Assembly: GCA_009103225.1 (NCBI GenBank)
Contig: RHPI01003728.1
Location: 131,719-195,718, forward strand
Reading direction: 5' to 3'
From: Chlorokybus atmophyticus
Lineage: Eukaryota > Plantae > Mesostigma and Chlorokybus algae
DNA length: 64,000 nt
This document shows positions 48,331 through 59,345 of this stretch, in pieces. The notes under the pieces are model-generated. The model did no database searches. It saw nothing but the letters and a program-made list of their open reading frames with translations, and was not told the DNA's origin. Position 1 is the stretch's first letter; each line of letters opens with the position of its first letter. The translations under genes were made by a program, and so were the position numbers.

Positions 48331-49834
48331 ATGTCCTCGCGAGCGGAGAGAGCCGCCAAACGAAGCAAAACTGCTGAGGCAAGTCCTATGTAGGCTTTTG
48401 GAAGAGGGGCGGGGGGGCAGGCCGGCAGCTGTTCCCCTCCTTCCGTTTGTACTTGTTTGTCCAAGCTCATGCACGAAGCATGCCAATGCGCCTGTGTGTT
48501 GTGCACCACACCCAGAGGCTTGCCACAGCTAGTGCATATTCTCCGCCTCTTTGTCGAGAGGGTAGGAGAGACGGATGCCCCTCTTTGCAGCTGCCGTTTA
48601 CAATACGACGCTGGTGTGCCAGCATTTTACCAAGCAGGGACAATATTCGTGTATGGGTATATATTGTGAACATGGCACACACGCACACAGAGGGTGTAGC
48701 AGGGTCTAACAGCTGTGTGCTAGGTCGGTGCTAGGTCGGTGAGTACGCGTCTTGACCAAGTTCAGGTCTTGCATGCAATTCTATTTCCCGCTGCACATGC
48801 TCTGACCTTGTATGTTGTTATCATCAGGCCGCTGGCCCCAGAACACTTTGTGTGCTCGCATCCTTTGTGCGTGCAACTGTTTGCTGTTGAACTGCGCTTA
48901 GCGTACACAATCTGTTCTGGTATGCCGCAACACTGTATCCCTTTTTCAAACAGTCACGCTGTTGCGCGTTGTGCATTGCGAGCTTGCTGTCATTCTGAAT
49001 ACTTGGTTTCTGCAGGAGGGAGTTGTCGCCCCCGCACCCGAGCCAAAGAAGGCAAAGAAAGCACCCGCAAAGAAGGCAGAGGACAAGGCTGAGAAGCCCA
49101 AGAAGGAGGACAAGAAGGTGGACAAGAAAGTGGACAAGAAAGAAGACAAGAAAGAAGACAAGGAGGAGGAGGAAGAGGAGGTGGTTGACGACAACAACAA
49201 CGAAAATGACGCCGACCACGAGGAGGACGAGGAGGAGAAGGAGGCGGAGTTGCCCAAGGAGGAGGTGCCTAAGGCGGCCGCGGGCAAGGTGGGCCCTGGC
49301 GACAAGGCGCCGGACTTCGAGCTTCAGGCCGATGACGAATCCACAGTCAAGCTGTCCACTGTCAATAAAGACCATGGCGTGGTCATATTCTTCTACCCCA
49401 AAGCCAACACCGGAGGATGCACCAACCAGGTAAACCTACATATCCAGATACAATAGACCTCTCTGATTGACACTTGGCTCGTGCAACCGTTTGCTATTAT
49501 ATTTGCATGACCATGAAGAGTGTCTCCTGCCCCAATGCAGGCGAATTTGTTTCGGGACATGCACTCCCAGTTCGAGGAGAAGGGTTACCGTGTGTTTGGT
49601 ATGAGCGCGGACCGGCCCAAGTCTCAGGCCAGCTGGCGTGCGAAGCAGAAGTTGCCATACCACTTGCTGTGCGATCCGGAGCGCGGGACGCTTAAAGCTT
49701 ATGGCGTGGGCAAAGGATCTAGCATCGCGCGCAGCCACATTGTCATCGCTAAGGGAGGGACAATCAAGGACTTCGTGCGGGGAGTGTCGCCCAAGGACAG
49801 TGCCAACCTGGCGCTTAAAGCCATTTCTGAGTGA
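48331..49834 (+). CDS. BCP/PrxQ-family peroxiredoxin with long Lys/Glu-rich N-terminal extension (Dot5-like); exons 48331-48378 (GC donor), 49016-49429, 49541-49834
   Basis: APDFELQADD..VVIFFYPKANTGGCTNQANLFRD..FGMSAD..LPYHLLCDP..IARSHIVI; first exon MSSRAERAAKRSKTAE followed by GCAAGT. Confidence 0.9.
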
Positions 49835-51633
49835 GAGAGAGACTGTGTGTACACGCCAACAGATGCGAGCATACTTGTATGCGAGCCTGTGTGCGCGTGC
49901 GCTCATGCATGCGTGTGCATGGGTCAGCACCTTTTGTATATGTGTGTACGTGCAGTTTGATGCCCTCTTAGCGAATCCACTGCCAGTTACGCATGCATTG
50001 ACGACTATTTCGCGATGACTGTTTCAATGTTATACGACTGAAATGTTGTCTGCTGACCTTTCCATCCTGTCCTTGCAGGAGCAAGTGAGCTTGAGCCAAC
50101 GTGCGTGACTATATATATCCAGCTACAACGCGAGCGGACGGATGATGGTCTGTTCTCTACAGCTATCTGAAGAGCGCATGCAAGTACTGTGCATCTTGCC
50201 AAAGAAGAAGGCCAATGATACCAATAATCAATTTCTGGGGGAGGCATCAGGGTGGCTGACAATTGCCAGCCACCCTGATGCCCCCGCAGTGTCCTGGGCG
50301 CGCCTCTCGCGCCATGTGCCTCTCTATGCATAACTTGCGTGCGATTTTGGTTTCGCCGGCTGTGATGCAACAGGCCATCTAAATATTCTCCAGCTAGTTG
50401 AGGATATTCGAGGGCAGCTGCTGAATGCAAGTTCATGTACGCCCTGTGATCTCTCCTCCTGTTTGCCTGTGCTGAACAGCCCAAGCTTGTGTGCATGCTC
50501 CAGCATTGAGTCGCTGTAAACAAGTGAAAAGCCTCTTGTGGTAGTGTTTGAGGGGTAGTTTGCCACTCCTTGGTTTGCGCTGGCATACCTACATTCATGG
50601 CAATGCTGCGCTGTGCAGATTGAGTAAATTTTGCATACCTTCGTTGCAACCCCTGCACTCACTTTTCCCAGACTGGCGTACTTGCATAGAGGCCATAGAG
50701 TTTAGTCCACAAAGCAATATGCACTGTCTCAGCCCATTGGCATGCTGCGCAATATGTGCTTGCCTGCTACTGGTAGGTTGGTACAATATGCCTTTCCAAG
50801 CCACCTAGCACTCCACAAATACTGCACAAGCATTCCTCAGATTGAAAAGAACGCAAAGCGTCAATGTGGCTTGCTGCATTGAGGGTTTACTGTTGGGCAC
50901 TACACGTGGGCAAATGCTTCTTTCTTTGAGGGGAAATGGACAAAAACAACAACAAATAAATTTACCACAACATCAACAACAGCAGCAGCAGCAGCAGACC
51001 ACTAACAACACAAGTTCAGCCTGAGTGTCCGTACCTATCACAACCAAAACACATTACCATCCAACGTCAGAAAAACAAGTAAGCAGTAGGTCCAAACAAG
51101 ATGTACTCGTCATTGTAAGCAGCACGCGTGCATGCACAGCCCGTGTGGTCACCGCTGCCATTCGTGGACAAGCACGAAGTATTGAATGTGGAAAGTACTA
51201 ACCCCACTTACAGTTATTGCTTGGTCAACAATCATCTCTGATGCTAGATTCCGTCAATTTAGACGAGCTTCACAAGCAATGTTAAGAAGGTGATCAGACA
51301 GTCGTCGTCTCATTTGCCACCTCAACACACCTATATGAGTTCTAAACGCTTCCAAGCCTCATAGCAGAGCCAACAAAGCTTGCCGACCCCACCTGAAATG
51401 TACATAACGTATATTGCTCTTGCCCGTTGCGCCTTACTTGCTCGACTTGGCCTGTCCTGCGAAGCTGTTATCTTCTGTGCTCGTTGTTGCCGCTGGCCTG
51501 TCTCTTGATGCTTGTTGTGCCAGTCTTTTAAGCTGCATGCACACAGCGCCGATACACCAATCTAAACTGGACGTCGAACAACCTCCTTTTCAAGTCCGTG
51601 TCACACTAAAGGGTACCAATAGCTCACCCATCA

Positions 51634-54118
51634 TCAGACCGGTTCGCGCGGCATCATGCCACAACATGAAGCCGCACCACACAGGCAGGGGTTTGTGGGT
51701 TGAAGGTTGTCCCCAGCACATGATGTAATATCCCCGTAGCTCATGGTGAACTCCTCCCCGCTGCGCACCCGCCTGCTGGCAACCAGCGCCACCGCCGGCA
51801 CGGGCCAACCCCCGCACTCACGCACCAGCACCGCGGTCAGGTTGGGATCGCACGAGTGGTTGATGAAGCGCGCCACGTTGCCGTACCTGCGGTGGACACA
51901 TTCAGCGTGCGAGGATATCTGCACCAACGAAGCTGCATGATACGGAAACTGTGCGTGCGCACACGCACACGTGTGCGTGCACACACGCACACGTGAGCGT
52001 GCCTACTTGTGCGTGTGCGTGTGCGTGTGCGTGTGCGTGTGCGTGCGTGTGTTTGTGGGCATGCATGCGTGGTCATGGCGTGCAAGCATGTACATGTGTA
52101 CATACCATGAATGGCATATGCATCGTGGCTGACATGTGCAAGGGTATGAATACACGTGTACGCATACACAGGCACACAACACAAGGACGAGGAGGTACTG
52201 ACTGACATCTATCTCAACTGCACTGTAACTTGAACTGTTACCGTGTTGGATCTATGTTGATTCTTAGGCTGGCACCCCTGGAAGGCAACACCTCCCGCAC
52301 CACCAACACGTACAGCATCCCTCTCGTGTCGTACTCCACTTGCCGACGCCGCTGCTCCGGTGTTGTCAACAGCTCACCTGGCAGCAACACCCTGCCAACT
52401 GAGTCAAACAACACGATGCAATGCGCTAGGTCACCTCAGCATTTATACATACTCATGTGTCAGTGTTCACAAATGCATGTGTGAACATCAACATACATAC
52501 ACATGCACATACACACGCAGATGCTGTTTGCAATCGTGTGCACATACACGTGAGCACACGTGCACACCAGAGTGCTAATGATATGCGCCTGCAGCCACTA
52601 ATCCAACCGACCTCTCACCGGCGTACTCGCACACAAACTGTCCCGCCTCCACCTCCTGCGCCGCATACAGGCCCCACCCTCTACTTTCATTGGCAGTCAT
52701 GCGCACGCAGCACGCAACCGACAGGCCCCTCTGCGTGACGCGGTTGCGGCAGGACTCGAGCGAGTTGAGACAACAACAGGCCGGCCCGCACTCCCGCAGC
52801 GATGGGAGAGAGCGCACGAGGGAGGAGGGGAAGAGGAGGCCGCATGGAGTGTAGTGTGGAACGCCGGAGGGAAAGCTTAGACACTCGCATGAGGAAGGTA
52901 CGCAACCGTCCTGCATGAATGGGTCCACATTCACTGCACTTGCAATGCCTGACTATTGTCGCGCTGCTGTTGATTCTGATATCATCTGCAGAACGCATAT
53001 GATGCTATGTGTCCTTGTGATGTGCATCTTCAACCAACTGACGCTAGCCTAAGCTTGGGAGGCTATGCTTGGCGCAGCAGCAATCTTAGCAATAAAACTG
53101 ACTTTGACGACAATGACGACAACGACGACGACGACAACAACAACAGCAACCATTCGTCACCTGGCATTGGCAACCATCGCCCGCTACAGTGCTATCCTTC
53201 TTTGGCAGCTCTTTGCCGCCAGCGAGCACGCAGCGTGTAACATAAGCTCCCCACATCGGAGGATACCGCTCCGCGCTTTCATCATTGACGCAGCTGCATG
53301 AACTCAATTGGTTTCAGGAATGAGTGCAACGGGCGTGGGGGCCACTTATCAGACCATGTTCAAGTCCATATGGTGCAAACGCTAGCACTTACCGCACGGG
53401 TATTGCCTCCAAGCCTGATGTGATGTCAGCAGCGCGCTCATCATGCAACGCACGCGCTGCATTGGCGAAGAGCCTGCTTTATATGTCTGTATGAGTGCAT
53501 GTGAGCTCGTGTGCAATGCATACACATGGATATCTGCATGCGCGCATGCTAGCATGTCTGTTCGTGCATATGTGCGTGTGTGGATGAGTACATCTCATGC
53601 CTTGTGGAGGCAAACCATGTGACTGCTAGCCAACAAGTTGGGGTTTGGTACACCACTACTACACTGCGGCAGTGTGAAGCACACAACCTGTTCATGCATA
53701 ACTACAGACAGTGCAATGACAGGCACCGCACTGGTGCCTTCTTACTTCCATGCCCTCAAGTCTGATATCTTCAAAAGCTGCGCCCATACATGACTGCCAC
53801 CACGTTTGGTTGAACTCACAGACCGATGCTCGCATGCAGAAGCACTTAGGACAATCTCACACAACTACAATGAAGACGGCGTGACACAGCAAGCAGCAGT
53901 TAATGTGCCCACTCATCACCATCGTCAACATTGCCGTAGTCACCTTACCTGCACGTCAACGCCGCCTGCGCGAGATCCTGGCGCTGGTCCAGCTGCGTCA
54001 GCACCCGCCGCCAAAGCTCCAGGGGAAGCAGCACGCTGGCTTCCTCCCCTCTTCCTACTGCTCCTCCTCCTCCACCTTGTCCTCCTCCGCTGCCGCCCAT
54101 TACTTTCTGCGCCTTCAT
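51634..54118 (-). CDS. SUVR3: SUVR3-like histone-lysine methyltransferase (F-box-like N-terminus, pre-SET, SET, post-SET), multi-exon; start approximate
   Basis: LPLELWRRVLTQL..LAQAALTCR; AADITSGLEAIPVRCVND; ECGPACCC..CRNRVTQRG; RGWGL; FVCEYAGE; GNVARFINHSCDPN; EFTMSYG; CLCGAASCCG. Confidence 0.85.
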
Positions 54119-54469
54119 TACCCCACCAACACTCTCACCCCGGCGGTAGTGACGACGACGACGGAGGAGGAGGAGTTGTCGCTGGGAGGCAGCTACCAGG
54201 CGGAGTGGCTTACTGACTTGCAGCTTCCTGCTGTTCAAAGGGTTATGTTGTTGCTGGGGCGGGGGTTGCTCGGTGCATAGCAGTGACGAGGAGGAGCTGG
54301 AGCTAGAGGTTGAGCTGGTGGTTAAGCCTGAGGAGGACAGCACTCATAGCCGCTGCTACAGTACAAGTGCCTAGGCGTTTGCTGCTGGCCCCAACGCAAG
54401 CTTTATAGAGGCGTCGTGAAAAGGCCGACAAAGGGGCGAAACAGCGAGCTGGATATTTCATCAGAGCTG

Positions 54470-55316
54470 ATGAACAGGCTGGCTGTCTTCGCTGTGTTCT
54501 GCGCCATTGCTAGCTTCCCCGGGGTAAGCAGCTACGCAACAACACAATAAACTACCAAGAGAAATGTACATACTCCGAGTACTAAGCACCAGCAGCAATG
54601 CACAGTCCAGAAGTTGTTTTCGCTGTTCGTGTTGCCTTCTTGTGTGCCCAACTCTGACGTAGTGCTCCCAGCTTGCTGTATGCAGGTGTTGCATAATACT
54701 GCTGAACGCCATGTGACCAGCCTGCTGCTGTGTCTCAGCTGTGTCAGCATTTGGCATGCCCAGGGCAACTGTAGTAGTACACGCGCATGTAGGCCAGCAG
54801 ACAGCGCGCGCATATCTGCCTGGCTGCTGGCCATACACGCGCATAGGGCCTATGTGCGTGTACCACTGCGAGGAGATATAAAAGCATGCAACTCTCAACA
54901 ATTACTACACAAGTAGCTAAAGCCAGTAGGTATAACTGCAGACACAGTGTACACTTGAGGCCGTATGCAGCACGCACATACAGGCCATGAAGGCAAACAC
55001 AAGACAAGATTATGTGACAAAGTCGGTCCCACCACACACTTGCAGGGTGTTTGTGGGACTGTCCTCTTTACACACAAACAGGATGACTGGATTGAATTAA
55101 TGTTGTTGTTGTTTCTTCATGATCTGCAAGGACAACACCTGCAACGATGATTGTGTTGGCCAACAGGTGCTGTATTTCTTCGAGGTGGTACCGGCGCAAG
55201 TGTGCATAGGGTTGGTGATGGCGCTGACTCTTGCTGCTCGCATCTTCATACCCATGGCTATCTCAGACAGCGAGCACAAGGCCGACAGCAAGGCAGTCAC
55301 CAAGAAGCAGCAGTGA
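54470..55316 (+). CDS. Putative small multi-pass membrane protein of unknown function; tentative exons 54470-54523, 54686-54852, 55131-55316
   Basis: ATG just after the divergent promoter; strong GTAAGC donor; phase-0 joins give an open hydrophobic frame ending ..VCIGLVMALTLAARIFIPMAISDSEHKADSKAVTKKQQ*. No family recognised. Confidence 0.38.
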
Positions 55317-55488
55317 AAAATAACGAGCTAAGTCTAGTCAAAGTGGTGTCAAAGTAGAGTGAATGCATCTATGGAACTTGGTAAGCACTCCACACTACAT
55401 TCGTATAGCTCTACCTTGGCCCCCGCCTAATCTATTTGCTTGCTTGCATGTGTGGATGCTTGTGCCATGTGTTTGCACGCCTTTTGTT

Positions 55489-55594
55489 CTCAGAGTGTGC
55501 TTGTGCTGTAAGTGATACGTGCACAAAAGGCAGTGTGGGGTCTCAGAGTGTGCTTGTGCTATAAGTGATACGTACACAAAAGGCAATGTGGGGT
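55489..55594. repeat. 53-bp tandem duplication
   Basis: CTCAGAGTGTGCTTGTGCT(G/A)TAAGTGATACGT(G/A)CACAAAAGGCA(G/A)TGTGGGGT x2. Confidence 0.9.
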
Positions 55595-56053
55595 GGGGCG
55601 CATGCATAGTACATGTACATGGGTGCATATAGCGCACTATGGAACTTGTCACAAGGCGTGCTCATGCTGACTGCAATGCATTTCGGGCATAACTTTGTGT
55701 TTGCATTTTCCCCATGTGCTGTGCAAAGGAAAGGAAATGGTGACGACAACTGGCAGTGCTGTCAGGCGCTGCATTCTGGTGTATTGTCAACTTACTGCGG
55801 TATTGTTGCCAAGCTCAACTGCAGCTTACCATGCACAACCTGAAAACAGAGCAAGATATCGCCCAAACAGGCCCAGCATGGCATCGACATTGTGTGGTGA
55901 AGGCGTTTTGATTGAGTAATTGATTGATTGATCTGCTGGAAAGCTTGCGCAGTTTACACAAGTCTTGGGATGGTGTTTCTACTGTTACAACTCTAGTATA
56001 TGTTACAAAAAGGCAGCACTTTACAGGCTGCACAAACATGGCAGGGCGGTGTT

Positions 56054-57705
56054 TCACCAGATGTAGTCAGACACATTCGCTTGGGAGAAGATCAACCAGG
56101 AACCATTCACTTTCCTCCAAAAGCAGAGGTACCTGATGTCCGCAACAGAGTCTCGCAATGATAATCTATGTGACAGCATGCCATGTGCGAGCAGCCCGGA
56201 AACGCGTAAGCAACAAGCAACAATATAATGTGCAAATCAGTGCTCACCTTCCGAGATCAACCGTGTTGCCCTGTTCGCTGACAGTCTGGTATGAGCCACG
56301 CTCTAAGGCGGCGGTGGCGTTCTCAAGAGGTATCAACTGCATGATGCCACGAAAGTCAACAGCAGCGTTCTTGAAATGTGATTGTAACTGTGTAATTTAT
56401 GTCAAGTGATTTTATGCATGCAACAAGCAGTTCCCACCTCATCAATGCTGACTTGGGAGTTCACGGCACCGCTGTGCCTGGCATACTCTGTGCTGAACTT
56501 GATTAGATCTGAAACAACAGACAAAGCTTGGTAAAAGGTTGAACTTAGGGCACCCTTGCTGATGGGCAGGCACCCCTTGCAAACAACTGAAGCAAACATC
56601 CACAAACAGCACACCTTCCCGCCCTGCGATGACATCTCGCCCACTAACCAGCAAGCGGCAGTCCTGTTGAGCATAATAGCCAAGATTGGCGAATGGCGGC
56701 AACAACTACATAATGCGCAATTGCAGTGTAGTTGTTGCAATGCCGTGTCTGAGCAAGAAACAGGTCCGATGAAAATAAACTAAGCAAAGTGACATGTATG
56801 CTTCTCTCGACTGCTGGACATGGTAGCCATACCTCAGTGAAGTACGACGCAAACTCGGTCCACCTCTGCTTTGAGAGTGCGGTGCACAAGGCATCATTGA
56901 CATTCTGTATCTCCTCGTACAGCTTGGCCGCGTCAGTTCCTTGCAGCTGGTGCATTGAACACAAGGCTGATCACAAACAGGCCAACAGAATGCAGCAATC
57001 CTTCATGCATGCACATAATACGCGCTAAGCTGAAGGACTGACCAGTTTGGCTGAAGCTGAGAGCCAGCACCACAAGTGCAGCGCCGCCACCAGCAACAAC
57101 AACGTCAGCTGACAGCTCACAAAGGGTTTTACAGCTGGCGTGAGCAACTGTGAGGAACAATAAATCAACCAGAAAACTCACCGACAGCACCGCCGACGCC
57201 TGCGGCGACCAGCAGCGCACGCCTGCTATGGTCTGAGTTGTCTGTGGAGGACGCCATGGCAACCTGTTCTTCATAGTAGCTGCATAGAAGCATTGCATGC
57301 AAAGCCCGTCACCAAAGTGACAGATTAGACATGCAAAAAAATCCGCCCAACCCAGATAGACAGCAAATATGGGGCCCTTGGCAGAAGGGTTGTCAAACGA
57401 CAGCTCCCATTGCTGCTTACCCGTCGGTAGCAGCTGCAGTGGATGCACACATGCGAACGGCTTGCCGGCCTGGCCATGCAATCAGTTGAGCAGTCGAGCC
57501 ACCAGACTCAATAACACAAGGCAGTAAGCGACCAGCTTGCAAGCAACATACCTGCATGGCGCAAAGCAGCTGGCAAGCTGCGGGGGACGAGAGGCGCAGC
57601 TGGGCGCTGTTTCAGACCATCAGACTGCAACGAACGGCCCTTCTTGAATCTGATAGCAGGCAGAGCTGCGCATGACGACAACGACGAAGCCACCACCGCC
57701 GCCAT
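56054..57705 (-). CDS. NTF2-fold (SnoaL/DUF4440-like) protein with transit-like N-terminus and a hydrophobic segment, multi-exon
   Basis: EIQNVNDALCTALSKQRWTEFASYFTE/DCRLLVSGRDVIAGRE/DLIKF..SIDE/LIPLENATAALERGSYQTVSEQGNTVDLG/RYLCFWRKVNGSWLIFSQANVSDYIW*. Confidence 0.78.
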
Positions 57706-58466
57706 CGTACCGCTAACCTTTGCCCTCAACAACCTCGCCGCCCCGTAACGCAGAACGTAACTCACCTAGCAGGTTACAGTATGCGATACGTGTTCTGATA
57801 CGCATACCGTACCAGAGCGTCTTTAAGTTACCAATGGTCAATATCAACTCCAAGCTGCGACAATCGGCGGCCAGCATTTGATATCTGTGGCGCCATGCGC
57901 CTCTTGAGTTTCAGCAGCGAAATGCCCGTCCGCGTATAGCGGCGCTACGTAGTGCGGAATGTGCAACGCGCGCGCGCGTCTCTGCCAAGCAAGAAAGTGT
58001 GAGCGACAACCGCTTGCTCAGAACAAACGCTTCTTCAGCTGAGCGTGTGCAACGTTTGGTTGTTGTGGCAGCGTTTTCTGCTTGGTGAGACGGCGCCGCG
58101 CGCTGCGAGCTAGCCGGGGTGTCCCGCGGTGGGGCATCGCAGCCAACGTGATTTTCCGATCGCTGCTGCGAGTGACTCATCCGTTTTCTGGTGTGTGTTT
58201 GGCGGTTTCTCGAAACGTGGTCGCGATATCCGCTTGCTGAGTGTGATATAGCGCTCATCTGCCCACGTCGATATACTGCTCAGCGTTGCGCTCGCCTGTG
58301 GCGGGAGCGTGTTCGAGGCATTGGCGGGCGCGGCGGCGGCGGCGGCGGCGGCAGGCGCGGAGGGGAGGTTATTGTAGGCGTGGGAGCGTAGCATCAAGTC
58401 ACTTAGGAGGTATTTTCCACCGCCGCCGCCGTTGCAGTGGGGAATAGAATAGAGTCGCCTGGCGCA

Positions 58467-59345
58467 ATGGCTTCGCGTGCAGAAAGGGCCGCCAAGAGGG
58501 CTAAGGTTGCTGAGGTACGTTTTGCTCTCCCCCCGCCGCTGGGCTTAGACCGTGCCGTGTTGTTGTTATTTGTGGCAATGTCTACGGGCTTCTGCAGCCA
58601 TTGTTATGGGCTGCATGCCGTGAGGCACCCTGCCGCACATGGCTAAAATCTGTTTGCCGCGTCCATTTGCATTACGTACCAAAGCGTTACCTCTGAGCTC
58701 TCAAGTCCCGCAAAAACTACTGCATTGTCGTTGTGGCATTGCTTGAGTGTATGTATGAGCATGCACTGAGGATGCTGGCAGGGGCAGGACGGTATCCCAA
58801 TTTCGCCGTCGCCCAAGAAGACGAAGAGGACGCCTTCAAAAGTTGAGGCGGCCGCCGAGGCTCCTGCAGCTGACGGTGCAGAGGTGGAAGTCAACGTGAT
58901 TTCTGGGAAGGAGGAGACCACCAAGAAGGACGTGGAGATGATTCAGGCTGACAATGGCGACAAGCCTGCCGCCATTGCGGAAGAACAAGCAGCCAAGTCT
59001 GTAGATGTAAAGCCCTCAGAAGAAGAAAACAAGCCTGCAGAGGAGGACAAGCCTGCTGCCGTTGATGCTGCTGAGGAAGTGAAGCCCTCAGAAGAAAGTA
59101 AGCCCGCGGAAGAAAGCAAGCCTGCTGCGGCAGAAGCTGCGCCTGCCGAGCCAAAGGAGACAGCAGCTGAGGAGCCTGCTGCTGTTGCTGCTGCTGAAGA
59201 GAAGCCTGCCGCTGAGGCTGCTGCCCAGGAAGAGAAGCCTGCTGAGTCTGTCGCTGCTAGCGAGGAGAAGCCTGCAGAGGCGAAGTCTGCGGAGGAGAAG
59301 CCTGTAGAGGAGAAGCTTGCAGAGGCTGTCGCTCAGGACAGCTAG
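58467..59345 (+). CDS. Acidic Ala/Glu/Lys/Pro-rich disordered protein; exons 58467-58514, 58782-59345
   Basis: MASRAERAAKRAKVAE / GQDGIPISPSPKKTKRTPSK.. then EEKPA(A/E)E repeats to TAG; canonical splice sites; open frame. Confidence 0.78.
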
